Origin: Ignavibacteriota bacterium | GTDB lineage: Bacteria > Bacteroidota > Ignavibacteria > UBA10030 | Direction: 5' to 3' | Length of the DNA: 64,000 nucleotides | NCBI GenBank assembly: GCA_963701295.1 | Contig: OY969585.1 | Location: 2,208,001 to 2,272,000 of the forward strand | In this document: positions 31,132-42,873 of the stretch, in pieces | Layout of the letters: each line of letters starts with the position of its first letter | Position numbering within the stretch: the stretch's first letter is position 1 | Position numbers and translations under genes: made by a program | Notes under the pieces: generated by a model | Seen by the model: only the letters and a program-made list of their open reading frames with translations | Told to the model about the DNA's origin: nothing | Database searches by the model: none

Positions 31132-32160
31132 ATGACAAAAAAGACAAAAAGTATTTTCCGATACTCAATCAGTTTTATTGTTGCATTTATTTTTCTCTAT
31201 TTCGCTTTCAGAGGTGTAAAACTTTCCGAATTATGGGAATCTTTAAAAGGCGCTAACTATTGGTGGATAACATTACTTATTCCATTGAACATTCTCATGA
31301 ATTGGGTTCGTGCAGAACGCTGGGCGCACTTGCTTGCACCTATCAAATCTCCCATTTCAAAACGGAATCTTTTCTCGGGTGTGATGATTGGATACGCCAT
31401 AAACAATGTATTGCCGCGCGTCGGTGAATTTGTTCGTCCTTACATTGTTGGAAAGCGGGAAGGTATTTCCAGAACCTCAGTGTTCGGTACTGTCGTTGTT
31501 GAACGCATATTAGATTTTATGAGTTTCTATTTTATTGTCTGTGTCGTTCTCTTTCTGTATCCTCGTTCTCTTGATCCATTCGTGAATCAGCCCGACGCTG
31601 TGCGTCCGTTATTCCTTATCGGTTCTATCATAGCTCTTATCATTTTCGTTCTTCTTTTTTTCAAAGCGGAAACCTTCTTTCGATTTCTGGCAAAAATATT
31701 CTTTTTTATTCCGCATAAACATAAAAAAAAAGTGGAAATATTTCTGGATAAGTTTTATACCGGATTTGCTGTTGCGAAACTGCGCGATAAATTTGGTGTG
31801 ATTTTATTCCAGAGTTTTTTAATCTGGGGGCTGAATGCGCTGATCATGTTTGTGCCTTTCTTTGCATTTACTCCACTGATGAAATCGGGAATGGATTTTG
31901 GTGCATCGGTGGTACTTTTAGTCATCTCATCTATCGCTTGGATTTTACCTACTCCTGGTGCGATGGGAACATATCATTCATTTTTAAAAATTGCGATGAT
32001 GAGACTGTATGGAATTGATGAGACGACGGCATTAAGTTACGCGATTGTTACACACGAAGTGGGATATCTCGTTGTAATGATCATCGGTGTGTATTATTAT
32101 TTTCGTGATCACCTTCAAGTGTCTGATTTGGCGAGCGCATCTTCGAATGAAGAACGATGA
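31132..32160 (+). CDS. Lysylphosphatidylglycerol synthase TM / flippase-like protein
   Basis: RAERW, NNVLPRVGEFVR, ERILD, PTPGAMG. Confidence 0.82.
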   Translation: MTKKTKSIFRYSISFIVAFIFLYFAFRGVKLSELWESLKGANYWWITLLIPLNILMNWVRAERWAHLLAPIKSPISKRNLFSGVMIGYAINNVLPRVGEFVRPYIVGKREGISRTSVFGTVVVERILDFMSFYFIVCVVLFLYPRSLDPFVNQPDAVRPLFLIGSIIALIIFVLLFFKAETFFRFLAKIFFFIPHKHKKKVEIFLDKFYTGFAVAKLRDKFGVILFQSFLIWGLNALIMFVPFFAFTPLMKSGMDFGASVVLLVISSIAWILPTPGAMGTYHSFLKIAMMRLYGIDETTALSYAIVTHEVGYLVVMIIGVYYYFRDHLQVSDLASASSNEER

Positions 32161-32261
32161 AACCATCTGCAATGGATAAGTCGTTCGAACTTCAAGTCCC
32201 TGCTGTTTGTGTGCCCGGTATTCAACACTGTGTTATTCAATAATGAAAAAGGAGTTGTTCG

Positions 32262-33071
32262 TTGAGTGTGTTTGATGCGGTTCTTCTTGCAGTTCTTCAA
32301 GGATTGACAGAGTTTCTCCCGGTGAGCAGTTCAGGTCATTTGGTTCTTGCCCAGCAGTTGCTCAACTTGCATAATCCACAACTTGTGTTATTCGATGTCT
32401 ATGTTCATTTTGGAACGCTTATCAGTGTGGTGATCGTTTTTTGGAACGACATTATTGGAATCCTACGATCTTTTTTTAAAGCGTTCAAAACATTCAAGGT
32501 CAAGGAAGAACATAAAAAAACAGAATATTTTCATTTAGGAATTGCCATTGTCATCGGTTCCATCCCAGCAGGTATCATTGGTTTGGCATTCCATCGTCAG
32601 ATAGAAGAAATCTTCACAGATCCAAAATTTGTTGCGATGAATATTGTGATCACAGGACTGATTCTTTTTCTTACTCGACTTGCAAGACCGATAAAGGGAA
32701 AAAGGGTCAGCATTCTCTCTTCGATTATTATCGGTCTTGCACAGGTGGTGGCAATTCTGCCGGGAATTTCACGCTCCGGTTTGACGATGAGTACAGCGCT
32801 TTTTTTAAAAACATCTCCCGTACAAGCAGCGCGCTTTTCATTCCTTCTTTCTATACCTGTGATCGCAGGTGCGACATTGCTGGAAACATATAAACTTATC
32901 GCACTGGGCACAACGATTGGTCTCTTGCAAATTATTATTGGTATCGCAGTGTCGGCAATTGTCGGATATGTTGGCATTAAGCTGTTGCTGCGTATTATGG
33001 AAAAAGGAAAATTTAGCTGGTTCTCTTTATACTGTTTGGTGATAGGAATCTTTGGCATCTTTTTTATATAA
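32262..33071 (+). CDS. uppP: Undecaprenyl-diphosphatase
   Basis: QGLTEFLPVSSSGHL, PGISRSG, FSFLLSIP. Confidence 0.96.
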   Translation: MSVFDAVLLAVLQGLTEFLPVSSSGHLVLAQQLLNLHNPQLVLFDVYVHFGTLISVVIVFWNDIIGILRSFFKAFKTFKVKEEHKKTEYFHLGIAIVIGSIPAGIIGLAFHRQIEEIFTDPKFVAMNIVITGLILFLTRLARPIKGKRVSILSSIIIGLAQVVAILPGISRSGLTMSTALFLKTSPVQAARFSFLLSIPVIAGATLLETYKLIALGTTIGLLQIIIGIAVSAIVGYVGIKLLLRIMEKGKFSWFSLYCLVIGIFGIFFI

Positions 33072-33081
33072 GGGCGAAACC

Positions 33082-33669
33082 ATGAATACAAAAACATTTG
33101 TTATGATTTTCACCATCCTCTTAGGCATTTTGCAATCGATGGGTTGTCAATCAGATACTATAAAAAGGAAAACCGTGAACATTACAATCGAAACAACTAA
33201 AGGCGATATTGAAGTCGAGCTCTACGAAACCGACGCGCCAAAAACCGTTGCTAACTTTATCGGACTTGCAGAAGAAGGGTACTTCAACGGTATCATTTTT
33301 CATCGTATCTCCAAAGGATTTGTCATTCAAGGCGGCGACTCAACAGGAACAGGAAGCGGTGGTAAGAGTATTTATGGAAAAGAATTTGCCGATGAATTGA
33401 ATCCCTCGACTCCATCCTATCAAGAAGGATACAAACGCGGCATTGTCGCGATGGCGAACTCTGGACCGAACACCAATACAAGTCAATTCTTTATTGTTCT
33501 GAAAGACGCATCATGGATGCCGAAACAGTACACTATTTTCGGAAAAGTAACGAAAGGAATGAATGTAGTCGATTCGATTGCGGCGGTTGAGATTGTTCCG
33601 CAAATGGGACCTACAGATGGAAAACCGAAGGTCGATATTGTCATGAAAAAAATTTCTGTAAAGAAATAG
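33082..33669 (+). CDS. Cyclophilin-type peptidyl-prolyl isomerase, probable lipoprotein
   Basis: APKTVANF, FHR, IQGGD, AMANSGPNTNTSQFFI; SMGC lipobox. Confidence 0.93.
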   Translation: MNTKTFVMIFTILLGILQSMGCQSDTIKRKTVNITIETTKGDIEVELYETDAPKTVANFIGLAEEGYFNGIIFHRISKGFVIQGGDSTGTGSGGKSIYGKEFADELNPSTPSYQEGYKRGIVAMANSGPNTNTSQFFIVLKDASWMPKQYTIFGKVTKGMNVVDSIAAVEIVPQMGPTDGKPKVDIVMKKISVKK

Positions 33670-33694
33670 TACTGGAACAACGGAGATAATCAGC

Positions 33695-34753
33695 GTGGCA
33701 ATGTCGAAATCCAGGAAGGAGAAATTTCCTTCCTATGATGTTTTTTTTGAAACGGCGAAGGGAAAGAAATATGCGCCAGTCTATCTCTTCATCGGTGAGG
33801 AAGATTTTCTCGTCGAAGAATGTGTTGACCGCATCATTCAAGAACTACTGACGACTGATACAAAGGCTTTCAATCTTGATATTGTGTATGGGAGCAAAGC
33901 GGATGCGCGCGAGGTGATCGCGCATGCGGCATCTTTCCCTATGATGAGCGACCGGCGGGTCGTAGTAGTGAAAGAATTCGACAAACTGCTTTCAAGTGAT
34001 ACGGCGAAAGAGATTATATCGGCATACATTGCACATCCCTTGGATTCTACGTGCCTTGTGCTCTTGGTGGAGAAACCAGATTTTCGCACGAAGCCGTTTA
34101 TCGATTTAAAAAAATCTGACTTTGTTTTTGCATTCAACCCTCTCTATGACAATCAGGTGCCGGCATGGATATCTGAACGATGTAAAAAAATGGGAAAGGA
34201 GGTGGATCTTGAAGCATGCCGGTTGCTGCAGGCGTATATCGGGAATTCACTCCGGGCGATTCAAAATGAATTAGACAAACTTTTCACCTATCTTGGTGAA
34301 CGAACAAGTGTGACACTGGAAGATATTGCGGATGTTGTCGGTGTAACACGCGGATTCACCGTATTTGATTTGCAAAATGCCATCGGAAAAAAAAACCTTG
34401 AAGAAGCGTTGCGGATCGTGAAGCGCATGATCGAAACCGGTGAGGCATCTCAACTCACCATCGTGATGTTAACCAGATATTTCAATCTTCTCTGGAAATT
34501 GCAGAATCTTCTCGCTCATAATGCATCGGAAGCAGAGGCGCTTGCAGCAACAAAGATTTCGCCTTATTACTTCAAAGACTATACCGCTGCGATAAAGCGA
34601 TTTACGCCGACACAGATTGAACATGCTTTTCATGTACTCCTTGATGCAGGCGTTCAATTGAAAAGCACATCGCCCGATCCATACCATTTGATGGAGATGT
34701 TGGTGTATTCACTTATTCGTGACTATAGATCCGAAGAAACAGATCTATTATGA
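33695..34753 (+). CDS. holA: DNA polymerase III delta subunit
   Basis: VYLFIGEE, FPMMSDRRVVVV, NELDKL, FDL. Confidence 0.9.
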   Translation: MAMSKSRKEKFPSYDVFFETAKGKKYAPVYLFIGEEDFLVEECVDRIIQELLTTDTKAFNLDIVYGSKADAREVIAHAASFPMMSDRRVVVVKEFDKLLSSDTAKEIISAYIAHPLDSTCLVLLVEKPDFRTKPFIDLKKSDFVFAFNPLYDNQVPAWISERCKKMGKEVDLEACRLLQAYIGNSLRAIQNELDKLFTYLGERTSVTLEDIADVVGVTRGFTVFDLQNAIGKKNLEEALRIVKRMIETGEASQLTIVMLTRYFNLLWKLQNLLAHNASEAEALAATKISPYYFKDYTAAIKRFTPTQIEHAFHVLLDAGVQLKSTSPDPYHLMEMLVYSLIRDYRSEETDLL

Positions 34754-34787
34754 GATATCGGCTTTTCTTATTCCTATGCTCTTTCGT

Positions 34788-36275
34788 ATGAATGAACTTC
34801 TCACACCGCCGACAACGGTCGAATGGACACTTTTGTTGTTCATTCTCACAGGTTTACTCGTATGTGTTGCGGCAAGTGAACTCGTCCGAAAGCATTTTCA
34901 TTGGTCTGCGGAAGTGACCAGGAAATTTGTGCACATCACTGTTGGATTCCTCATCTTTTTCGCACCTATGCTCTTTCAATCAGCGCTTATTCCTTTGCTC
35001 CTCTCTTCTTTTGCTGTACTGATTATGGCGATTGCAGTGCGGACAGGCCTCCTGGTTGGTATTCATGGGACATCCCGATTCTCGTACGGAACAATCTTTT
35101 ATCCATTTTCCTTCTTTGTGCTGATTCTCTTGTTCTGGAATGAGCATCCGGAAATTATTTCGCTGTCTATGCTAAGCTTAGCCACTGGAGATGCAGCAGC
35201 AGCAATGGTAGGTGAATCTTTCCGGTCGGTAAGAGAGTACCGACTCACATCCGACAAGAAATCCATCGAGGGTTCCATTACGATGTTCGCAGTGACGTCC
35301 ATCAGCCTCTTCTGTGGCATGATCTTTCTTGGAGTACAGACATTGCACTCTATGGGATATTTAACGGCCATTGCGTTGGTTTCAGCGAGCATTGCCACAG
35401 CATGGGAAGCGCTCTCATCAAAGGGATTGGATAATTTTACGATACCCTTGTCTGTCGCGTTTGTTCTTTCTTTTTATCTTATTCCCTCGCAGATGCAGGA
35501 TCCGAATCGGTTTACCATCGGTGTTTTCTTGTCTCTTCTTATTGCAATCACCTCATATTCCTTTAAATTTCTCACTGCCAGCGGTTCTGTCGCTGTGTTT
35601 CTCCTTGCCAGTACGATCTACGGAATCGGTGGATGGCAGTGGACAGCTCCCATCGTGATGTTTTTTGTTCTTTCCAGTTTGCTATCGAAAACAGGGAAGA
35701 AGAGAAAAGAACAATTTGAACATCTTTTCGAAAAAACAAGTACGCGTGATTGGGGGCAGGTAGCGGCGAATGGCGGTGTTGCTGGAATACTGATACTTGC
35801 TCAGTATGCTTTACCCAATGAAAATTTCTATCCGGCGTATCTTGGTGCAATTGCAGCTGTCACAGCGGATACGTGGGGGACAGAAATTGGTGTCTGGCTC
35901 GGAGGTAAAACGGTTTCGCTCTCCCGTTTCAAAGTTGTCGAGCCAGGTACTAATGGCGGTATTTCGATGGCAGGATGCATCGGCGGGACGTTCGGTTCAT
36001 TGATCATATCTGCAAGTGCATTTCCTTGGGCGGCGACAGTGCGAATGGCACTCATTGCTACTCTCTCAGGAATCATCGGAAGTCTTTTTGACAGCTTACT
36101 CGGCGGAACATTGCAATCAAAATACTGCTGCTCGATATGCAACAAATACACTGAGCGAAAATTGCATTGTGGTTTTGCAACAGTTTTTGTAAAAGGTATT
36201 CGATGGATGACGAACGATGTGGTCAATTGGGTTTGTGCTTTGGTTGGTGCTACAGTTGCCTGGGGATTATATTGA
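34788..36275 (+). CDS. Phytol/dolichol-kinase-like domain fused to DUF92 (TMEM19/VTE6-like)
   Basis: N-half RKFVH, GD..AA.VG, KSIEGS, DNFTIP; C-half RDWGQVAANG, ADTWGTEIG, PGTNGGIS, DSLLG..LQ, NDVVN; start uncertain (34776 or 34788). Confidence 0.85.
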   Translation: MNELLTPPTTVEWTLLLFILTGLLVCVAASELVRKHFHWSAEVTRKFVHITVGFLIFFAPMLFQSALIPLLLSSFAVLIMAIAVRTGLLVGIHGTSRFSYGTIFYPFSFFVLILLFWNEHPEIISLSMLSLATGDAAAAMVGESFRSVREYRLTSDKKSIEGSITMFAVTSISLFCGMIFLGVQTLHSMGYLTAIALVSASIATAWEALSSKGLDNFTIPLSVAFVLSFYLIPSQMQDPNRFTIGVFLSLLIAITSYSFKFLTASGSVAVFLLASTIYGIGGWQWTAPIVMFFVLSSLLSKTGKKRKEQFEHLFEKTSTRDWGQVAANGGVAGILILAQYALPNENFYPAYLGAIAAVTADTWGTEIGVWLGGKTVSLSRFKVVEPGTNGGISMAGCIGGTFGSLIISASAFPWAATVRMALIATLSGIIGSLFDSLLGGTLQSKYCCSICNKYTERKLHCGFATVFVKGIRWMTNDVVNWVCALVGATVAWGLY

Positions 36276-36330
36276 TTTGCATTGAGAAGCAATCGGATTT
36301 ATCAACTTAAAATATATCAAAAGGAAATTT

Positions 36331-37878
36331 ATGAGTACGGACAGAATTCGCCAATTAAAGCAGCTGCGGGAAAAAGCGACACACGGCGGCGGACTCACCA
36401 AGATCGAGGATCGGCATAAGCATGGGAAGCTGACTGCGCGCGAGCGCATCGACCTTCTGCTGGACGAAGGGAGCTTTGAAGAAATTGGAATGTTTGTTCA
36501 TCACCGCTCCCGCGAATTTGGGCTGGAGAAATACAAGTATCTTGGCGATGGAGTGGTAACGGGCAGAGGAACGATTAGCGGGCGTCATGTAGTTGTGTAC
36601 AGTCAGGACTTTACGGTCTTCGGCGGCTCACTTTCTGAGACGCATGCAGAAAAGATCTGCAAGATTTTAGAAATGGCGATGAAGAATGGTGTACCTATCA
36701 TCGGATTGAATGACTCCGGTGGTGCGCGTATTCAGGAAGGGGTTGTTAGTTTAGGCGGATACGCGGATATTTTTCTGCAAAACACTCTTGCTTCCGGTGT
36801 CGTACCACAAATTTCTGCCATCTTGGGTCCATGCGCCGGTGGGGCAGTATACTCTCCAGCCATAACAGATTTCATTTTTATGGTGAAGGATACGAGTTAT
36901 ATGTTTGTTACCGGGCCTAATGTAGTAAAGACGGTGACACATGAAGATGTGTCGTTTGAAGACCTTGGCGGTGCATTGACGCATGCTGTCAAAAGCGGTG
37001 TGGCGCATTTTGCTGTGGAGAACGAATTGGAATGTATCGAGGGAATCAAGAAGCTCTTAAGTTACATTCCATCGAACAATATGGATGATCCGCCGTTCAT
37101 TGAGCCTCACGACAGCGAGTACCGGATGGATATCGAGCTTGATTCGGTTGTGCCGGAAAATCCGAGCAAACCGTATGACATCAAAGAGATCATCAAGAGA
37201 ATAGTCGATGATGGTGAGTTCTTTGAAGTGCAAGAACTCTATGCTCAGAATATGGTTGTGGGGTTTGCCCGGCTTGGCGGATACTCAGTTGGTATCGTGG
37301 CAAATCAACCGTCCATTCTTGCTGGTGTGCTCGATATCGAAACATCTCTCAAAGGTGCGCGGTTCGTTCGCTTCTGTGATGCCTTCAATATTCCGCTGAT
37401 CATTTTGCAGGATGTTCCTGGATTTCTTCCAGGCACCGATCAGGAATGGAGAGGTCTCATCAAGCATGGTGCGAAATTGCTTTATGCGTTCTGTGAAGCA
37501 ACCGTTCCAAAGATTACCATCATCACTCGCAAGTCATACGGTGGTGCATATTGTGTTATGAACTCCAAACATATCCGCGGCGATGTGAACTATGCATGGC
37601 CTACGGCAGAAATTGCCGTAATGGGACCGAAAGGAGCGGTGGAAATTATTTTCAAGAAGGATATCGAAAACTCAGAAGAGAAAGAGAAAGCAATCGCGGA
37701 GAAAGTACATGATTACACCGAGCGATTCGCCAATCCGTATGTTGCAGCGGAGCGAGGATATGTCGACGAAGTTATTCTACCGCATGAAACTTGGCCAAAG
37801 TTGATTAAGGCGCTCCGATTTCTGGAAAACAAAGTCGATACAAATCCCAGAAAGAAACATGGCAACATTCCGCTTTGA
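36331..37878 (+). CDS. Acyl-CoA carboxylase carboxyltransferase subunit (PccB/MmdA-like)
   Basis: [44 protein letters not shown]. Confidence 0.95.
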   Translation: MSTDRIRQLKQLREKATHGGGLTKIEDRHKHGKLTARERIDLLLDEGSFEEIGMFVHHRSREFGLEKYKYLGDGVVTGRGTISGRHVVVYSQDFTVFGGSLSETHAEKICKILEMAMKNGVPIIGLNDSGGARIQEGVVSLGGYADIFLQNTLASGVVPQISAILGPCAGGAVYSPAITDFIFMVKDTSYMFVTGPNVVKTVTHEDVSFEDLGGALTHAVKSGVAHFAVENELECIEGIKKLLSYIPSNNMDDPPFIEPHDSEYRMDIELDSVVPENPSKPYDIKEIIKRIVDDGEFFEVQELYAQNMVVGFARLGGYSVGIVANQPSILAGVLDIETSLKGARFVRFCDAFNIPLIILQDVPGFLPGTDQEWRGLIKHGAKLLYAFCEATVPKITIITRKSYGGAYCVMNSKHIRGDVNYAWPTAEIAVMGPKGAVEIIFKKDIENSEEKEKAIAEKVHDYTERFANPYVAAERGYVDEVILPHETWPKLIKALRFLENKVDTNPRKKHGNIPL

Positions 37879-37959
37879 GAAGGTCAATCCCCTTGATTAA
37901 GTGGCAATGATACGTTATTTTGAATAAAGAAATTGATTCATGATAATTTGTAGAGGCTG

Positions 37960-40272
37960 ATGCGGCGGTTTGTAGTTACGTTCCTATCATTAGTAATCCT
38001 CAGTTGTTCTTCAGAGCGAACAACGCGTTCCCACATTGATACTTTATCTCAAGCATCCAATCCATCTGACACAAACTTTAAAAGTCTTGCTGCAGATACC
38101 ATAAACAATTCAGTTGATACATCGAACATAAAGATAAATGGCAACGGGAACGGCAACGGTTCTATAGACACATCCGATTATGACTCAGAACTCATTCTCC
38201 AGCAGCTTGAACAGGCACGGCAGCATTATTTGCTTGCACTTGCCTCACAGGAAGCCGGTGATTCTCTCAGCTGCGGCACGGAATTCGAGACAGCCATCCA
38301 AATCCTTAATGAATTAAGTGAATACTCACATATTGACAGTTCCAAAGAATATCTGGATTTAAGCAAGAGTTTGGTTGAAGATTATGAGAAGTACATCGCG
38401 CAGATCGACAGCCTGGGTCCTGATGCATCCGTTTATGCACTTCGAGAAAAATTAAATCAAGTAGTTGAACAAGGTGATACCACTGGTTTGAAGATTCCCC
38501 ATATTGAGATCAAGGGAACACAAGTTCCCCTGCCTTTCAACGAGTATGTTGAACGCGCAACTGCCTTTTTCATGGGCCGTGGCCGGCATCATATGGAGCG
38601 TTGGTTGTATCTTTCAGGCAGGTATTGCCCAATGATGACAAGAATTTTTAGGGAAGAAGGAACTCCTGCAGAACTGGCTTATTTAGCGATGCCAGAAAGC
38701 GGTTTGCGTACGGATGCACGTTCGTGGGCACGCGCTGTAGGATTATGGCAATTTATGAAGGGCACGGGCTCGTTGTACGGACTGCGTGTGAACTGGTGGG
38801 TAGATGAACGCCGGGATTTTGAGAAATCCACACGCGCGGCAGCCAGACATCTCAAAGACTTATACAGTGAATTAGGTGATTGGAATTTAGTGCTGGGTGC
38901 ATATAATGCAGGTGCCGGAAGAATTTTTCGTGCTATGCGCAGGAGCGGCACATCGGATTATTGGGGAATGCGGAAACATCTGCCGCGGCAAACCCGTAAT
39001 TATATTCCACAGTTTATTGCAGTTGCGCGAATTGTTCTAAACCCGCAAAAGCATGGATTTACAGACATTCAAATAGCAGATTCACTCACTTTCGATGTTG
39101 TAGAAATCAATGACTGTATCGATTTGCGTGTGCTGGCAAAATGTGCGTTGACAACGGTTGACACGCTGCAGGATCTTAATCCTGAATTACTTCGCTGGTG
39201 CACACCTCCCGGTGTAACGGGATATCGATTCCGGATTCCGATTGGAAGGAAAGATACATTTCTTATCAGTTATGCAAAAATTCCTGCAGAGCAAAAAAAG
39301 GATTGGGCAATCCATACTGTGAAACGAGGCGAGACAGTTTCTTCTATCGCTCGGAGATATGGTTTAGCCGCATCGCTTTTGAAAGACCTGAATAATATAC
39401 GCAGTGATCGCCGTCTCTCGGTAGGCACGGTCATAGCGCTTCCGCTTCCGAAAGATATTGCGGAGAGTAAAGTCCCATATGATTATTCACCGGAAGTCAG
39501 GGGGATGAACTTTGGTTCGATAAAGTCCTACGCAGCCAGAGATAATATCAATAAAGCAAAATTGCGGTACGCGAAGCGAGAAGTAAAACAACCGAAGGGG
39601 AAAGAGAAACTCGTCTATCATGTTAAACGCGGCGACACGATAGGCCATATTGCTGAATGGTACGGTGTGCGTGCCAGCGATATCCGTAATTGGAATGATA
39701 TTTCCTACGGGAGTTACATTCATGCAGGTCAAGCAATTGCCATCTGGGTTCTGGTATCGAAAACAAAACTGCTGAAAAGAGTAGACAGCATGGAGTTTTC
39801 GGAGAAGCAAGCGATGACAAAGGGCGACCTTGCTGAGGCAGCGCAAGCAGAGGAAGTAAAGACCAGAACAAAATCATCTTCAGCTGAATGGATCCAACAT
39901 GCAGTGAAATATGGCGAGACGTTAGAAAAAATCGCAAAGATTTATGAAGTGAGTATTAGTGATTTAAAACAATGGAATAACCTTCGTTCATCACATATCA
40001 CTATTGGACAGACGTTGGAAATTTATGATAAGCCTGAAGAACGCGTAAAGCTTATTACAGCACCTACTAAAATACATGTAGCTCCTCCCGTCAAGACTTC
40101 CAGTAGCGGTATTTTTTCGCCGACCCACAAAGTGAAAAAAGGTGAAAGTATCTATACCATAGCGATGTTGTACGGTGTTGATGTGCAGAAGTTCAAGAAT
40201 TACAACAACTTGCGAAGCAATAAAATTCTCGTCGGAAAAGTCCTCAAAATTCCTCCCAAAACCAATCCCTAA
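37960..40272 (+). CDS. mltD: Lytic transglycosylase with four LysM domains, lipoprotein
   Basis: ILSC lipobox; ES catalytic motif, [13 protein letters not shown]; LysM at [32 protein letters not shown]. Confidence 0.88.
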   Translation: MRRFVVTFLSLVILSCSSERTTRSHIDTLSQASNPSDTNFKSLAADTINNSVDTSNIKINGNGNGNGSIDTSDYDSELILQQLEQARQHYLLALASQEAGDSLSCGTEFETAIQILNELSEYSHIDSSKEYLDLSKSLVEDYEKYIAQIDSLGPDASVYALREKLNQVVEQGDTTGLKIPHIEIKGTQVPLPFNEYVERATAFFMGRGRHHMERWLYLSGRYCPMMTRIFREEGTPAELAYLAMPESGLRTDARSWARAVGLWQFMKGTGSLYGLRVNWWVDERRDFEKSTRAAARHLKDLYSELGDWNLVLGAYNAGAGRIFRAMRRSGTSDYWGMRKHLPRQTRNYIPQFIAVARIVLNPQKHGFTDIQIADSLTFDVVEINDCIDLRVLAKCALTTVDTLQDLNPELLRWCTPPGVTGYRFRIPIGRKDTFLISYAKIPAEQKKDWAIHTVKRGETVSSIARRYGLAASLLKDLNNIRSDRRLSVGTVIALPLPKDIAESKVPYDYSPEVRGMNFGSIKSYAARDNINKAKLRYAKREVKQPKGKEKLVYHVKRGDTIGHIAEWYGVRASDIRNWNDISYGSYIHAGQAIAIWVLVSKTKLLKRVDSMEFSEKQAMTKGDLAEAAQAEEVKTRTKSSSAEWIQHAVKYGETLEKIAKIYEVSISDLKQWNNLRSSHITIGQTLEIYDKPEERVKLITAPTKIHVAPPVKTSSSGIFSPTHKVKKGESIYTIAMLYGVDVQKFKNYNNLRSNKILVGKVLKIPPKTNP

Positions 40273-40427
40273 ATCGTGGATTTACATTATTCGGGAAATG
40301 GCGCTTCACTGAAAACATTACTCTTTCATTTCGGTACCTTTCGAAAATTTCTTACATACGTTGTTATCGCGTTTATGGCGGCGAGGTTTTGTTTTGTACG
40401 AAGGAACAATCGTTTTACGACAAGCAG

Positions 40428-41648
40428 CTATAACAAGAGCACTGCAGGATTCTCCATCAACTTCTTAAAATCCTGCAGGAAATGTGCAGCAATAGCGCCG
40501 TCGATTATGCGGTGATCGGAAGAGAGCGTCACTTTCATTGTGCGGCCGATGACAATCTGTCCTCCTTGGACGACTGGTTTTTCGACAATCGATCCGATAG
40601 CAAGAATTGCTCCCTCCGGAGGGTTTACGATAGCGACAAAATCTTCTACACCGAACATTCCAAGATTGCTGATAGTGAATGTTGCACCTTGATATTCTTC
40701 TGGTTTCAGTTTGCGATTGCGGGCGCGTCCTACAAGGTCATGCAACTCAGTATTGAGCTGAGGAATAGTTTTCTGCTCGCAATTTCGCAGAACGGGAGTC
40801 ACCAAACCGTCATCCAGTGCAACAGCGACAGCAACATGCGCTTCGCCAAATTGCCGCATCGTATTTCCCATATAGGCTGCATTGATATTAGGATGGTTCA
40901 TCAATGTCATAGCGGCAGTTTTTACGAGAATATCCGTAAAACTAATTTTTGAATCTGTGGCAGTATTGAGCTGTTCACGAAAAGCGATTGCAGGTTCCAT
41001 ATCTATTTCTACTGTGACATAGAAATGCGGAACGGTTTGTTTGCTCTCCTGCATTCGTTGAGCGATCGTTTTGCGGATGAGGGAGAGCTCGACATCGCGA
41101 TGACCACCGCGAATGATTTTTGCCGCCGGTTTGAACTGTAATGTTTTTTTACCGCTCACGAGCGGTTCAACATCCCGTTTGATGATTCGCCCTTGCGGTC
41201 CGCTTCCGGAGATGGCTCGCAGTTCGATTTTATTTTCTGTGGCAAGCCTCTTTGCTAGTGGTGAAGCTTTCACATGCCCATCCGCGACGATGGAAGTGGC
41301 AGGCTGTGAAGACAACGGCATCGATTTCGATGCATCCTTCGTTGTTTCTGTTTTCGATATTTGATGTGCGGCAGAAGGAGTATCAGTCAATAATGCAGAG
41401 ATATCCTCGTTCGCTTCGGCGATGATAGCGATGGAAGCACCGATTTCCGCCTTGCCTCCTTCGGGAACCATGATCTTGCGCAGGATGCCAGAATCGTACA
41501 CTTCCAATTCCATATCTGCTTTGTCGGATTCGATCTCGACAAGTGTTTCACCTTGTTTTACTTTTTCGCCTTCTTTCTTCAGCCATTTCAGGATGACACC
41601 TTCCGTCATAGTATCACTCAGTTTCGGCATCAAGATTTTTGTCGCCAT
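40428..41648 (-). CDS. pdhC: Pyruvate dehydrogenase E2, dihydrolipoamide acetyltransferase
   Basis: Lipoyl domain ESDKADME, ASPLAKRLA, TFTISNLGM, DHRIIDG. Confidence 0.93.
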   Translation of the reverse strand: MATKILMPKLSDTMTEGVILKWLKKEGEKVKQGETLVEIESDKADMELEVYDSGILRKIMVPEGGKAEIGASIAIIAEANEDISALLTDTPSAAHQISKTETTKDASKSMPLSSQPATSIVADGHVKASPLAKRLATENKIELRAISGSGPQGRIIKRDVEPLVSGKKTLQFKPAAKIIRGGHRDVELSLIRKTIAQRMQESKQTVPHFYVTVEIDMEPAIAFREQLNTATDSKISFTDILVKTAAMTLMNHPNINAAYMGNTMRQFGEAHVAVAVALDDGLVTPVLRNCEQKTIPQLNTELHDLVGRARNRKLKPEEYQGATFTISNLGMFGVEDFVAIVNPPEGAILAIGSIVEKPVVQGGQIVIGRTMKVTLSSDHRIIDGAIAAHFLQDFKKLMENPAVLLL

Positions 41649-41762
41649 AGAATCCTCGGAATGTTGTTATGCCGCTAGTAAATAACAAAAGGAAAATCCC
41701 AAATCCTACATAACAAATACTAAACAAAGTATAAAAAAGAAAATCCTATATCCTAATGTACT

Positions 41763-42749
41763 TTATGACTCAAGATACATAACTTTTCGAACTGCTCGTA
41801 TTACTTTCTGGATATTCGGCAAGGAAGCAATTTCCAGATTATGCGCATAGGGAAGAGGTACATCTTCCTGCGTAATGCGCTCAACTGGTGCATCGAGATA
41901 ATCGAAACAATGATTGCTTACTTCATGCGAAATCTGCGCGCCGACTCCTGCAAATGGCCAGCCTTCTTCTACGATTACCAACCGATTTGTCTTCTTGACA
42001 GAATTGAAGATCAATTCCCAGTCCATCGGTTTGATCGTGCGCGGATCGATGAGTTCCACGCTAATGCCTTCTTCCGCAAGACGGCTAACTGCTTTGACGG
42101 CTATATGCTGAAGGATCTTCGACCATGAGACGATGGTAACATCCGTTCCTTCCTTTATCACTTCTCCGGAGCCGAAGGGAATAGTGTACTCGCCTTCCGG
42201 TATTTCGCCTTTCTCGCCGTACATCATTTCACTTTCGATGAAGATGACCGGATTGTTATCGCGAATAGCAGTTTTTAATAATCCTTTTGCATCCCGCGGA
42301 TTGGAGGGCATAACGACTTTCAATCCCGGGAAATGAGCGTAGATGGATTCAAGAGCTTGCGAATGTGTTGCCGCAAGACTGTGTGCCGCACCACCCGGCC
42401 CGCGAAAAACAATCGGTACATTAAAATTTCCACCAGACATAGACAGCATCTTGGCGGCATTATTTACGATTTGGTCAAAGGCGACGAGGGAAAAATTCCA
42501 TGTCATGAACTCAACAATAGGGCGGAGGCCGACCATGGCAGCACCGATACCGATTCCGGAGAATCCAGCTTCAGCAATTGGCGTGTCGATGATGCGCTTG
42601 GGCCCATATTTTGCAAGCAGGCCTTGGCTGACTTTATACGCGCCGTTATATTGGGCAACTTCTTCGCCCATTAAGAAGACGCGTTCATCGCGCGCCATTT
42701 CTTCATCCATTGCCTGATTTATTGCTTCGCGTATACTGACGACAGGCAT
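41763..42749 (-). CDS. pdhB: Pyruvate dehydrogenase E1 beta
   Basis: MGEEV, DTPIAE, EFMT, HSQ. Confidence 0.94.
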   Translation of the reverse strand: MPVVSIREAINQAMDEEMARDERVFLMGEEVAQYNGAYKVSQGLLAKYGPKRIIDTPIAEAGFSGIGIGAAMVGLRPIVEFMTWNFSLVAFDQIVNNAAKMLSMSGGNFNVPIVFRGPGGAAHSLAATHSQALESIYAHFPGLKVVMPSNPRDAKGLLKTAIRDNNPVIFIESEMMYGEKGEIPEGEYTIPFGSGEVIKEGTDVTIVSWSKILQHIAVKAVSRLAEEGISVELIDPRTIKPMDWELIFNSVKKTNRLVIVEEGWPFAGVGAQISHEVSNHCFDYLDAPVERITQEDVPLPYAHNLEIASLPNIQKVIRAVRKVMYLES

Positions 42750-42873
42750 TCCTTTTTCTCCGAATCCTTATGTCGTAATCAAAAAGAAAATTTTAAATCA
42801 AAAATCCTAAATCCTAAACCACAAACAATTCACAAAAAGATCTAATTTCTAATCCATAAATCCTATCATTCAT

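Noticed and set aside
38137-38160. NGNGNGNG repeat in mltD
   Set aside because: In-frame linker with varied codons, not a slippage-prone tract
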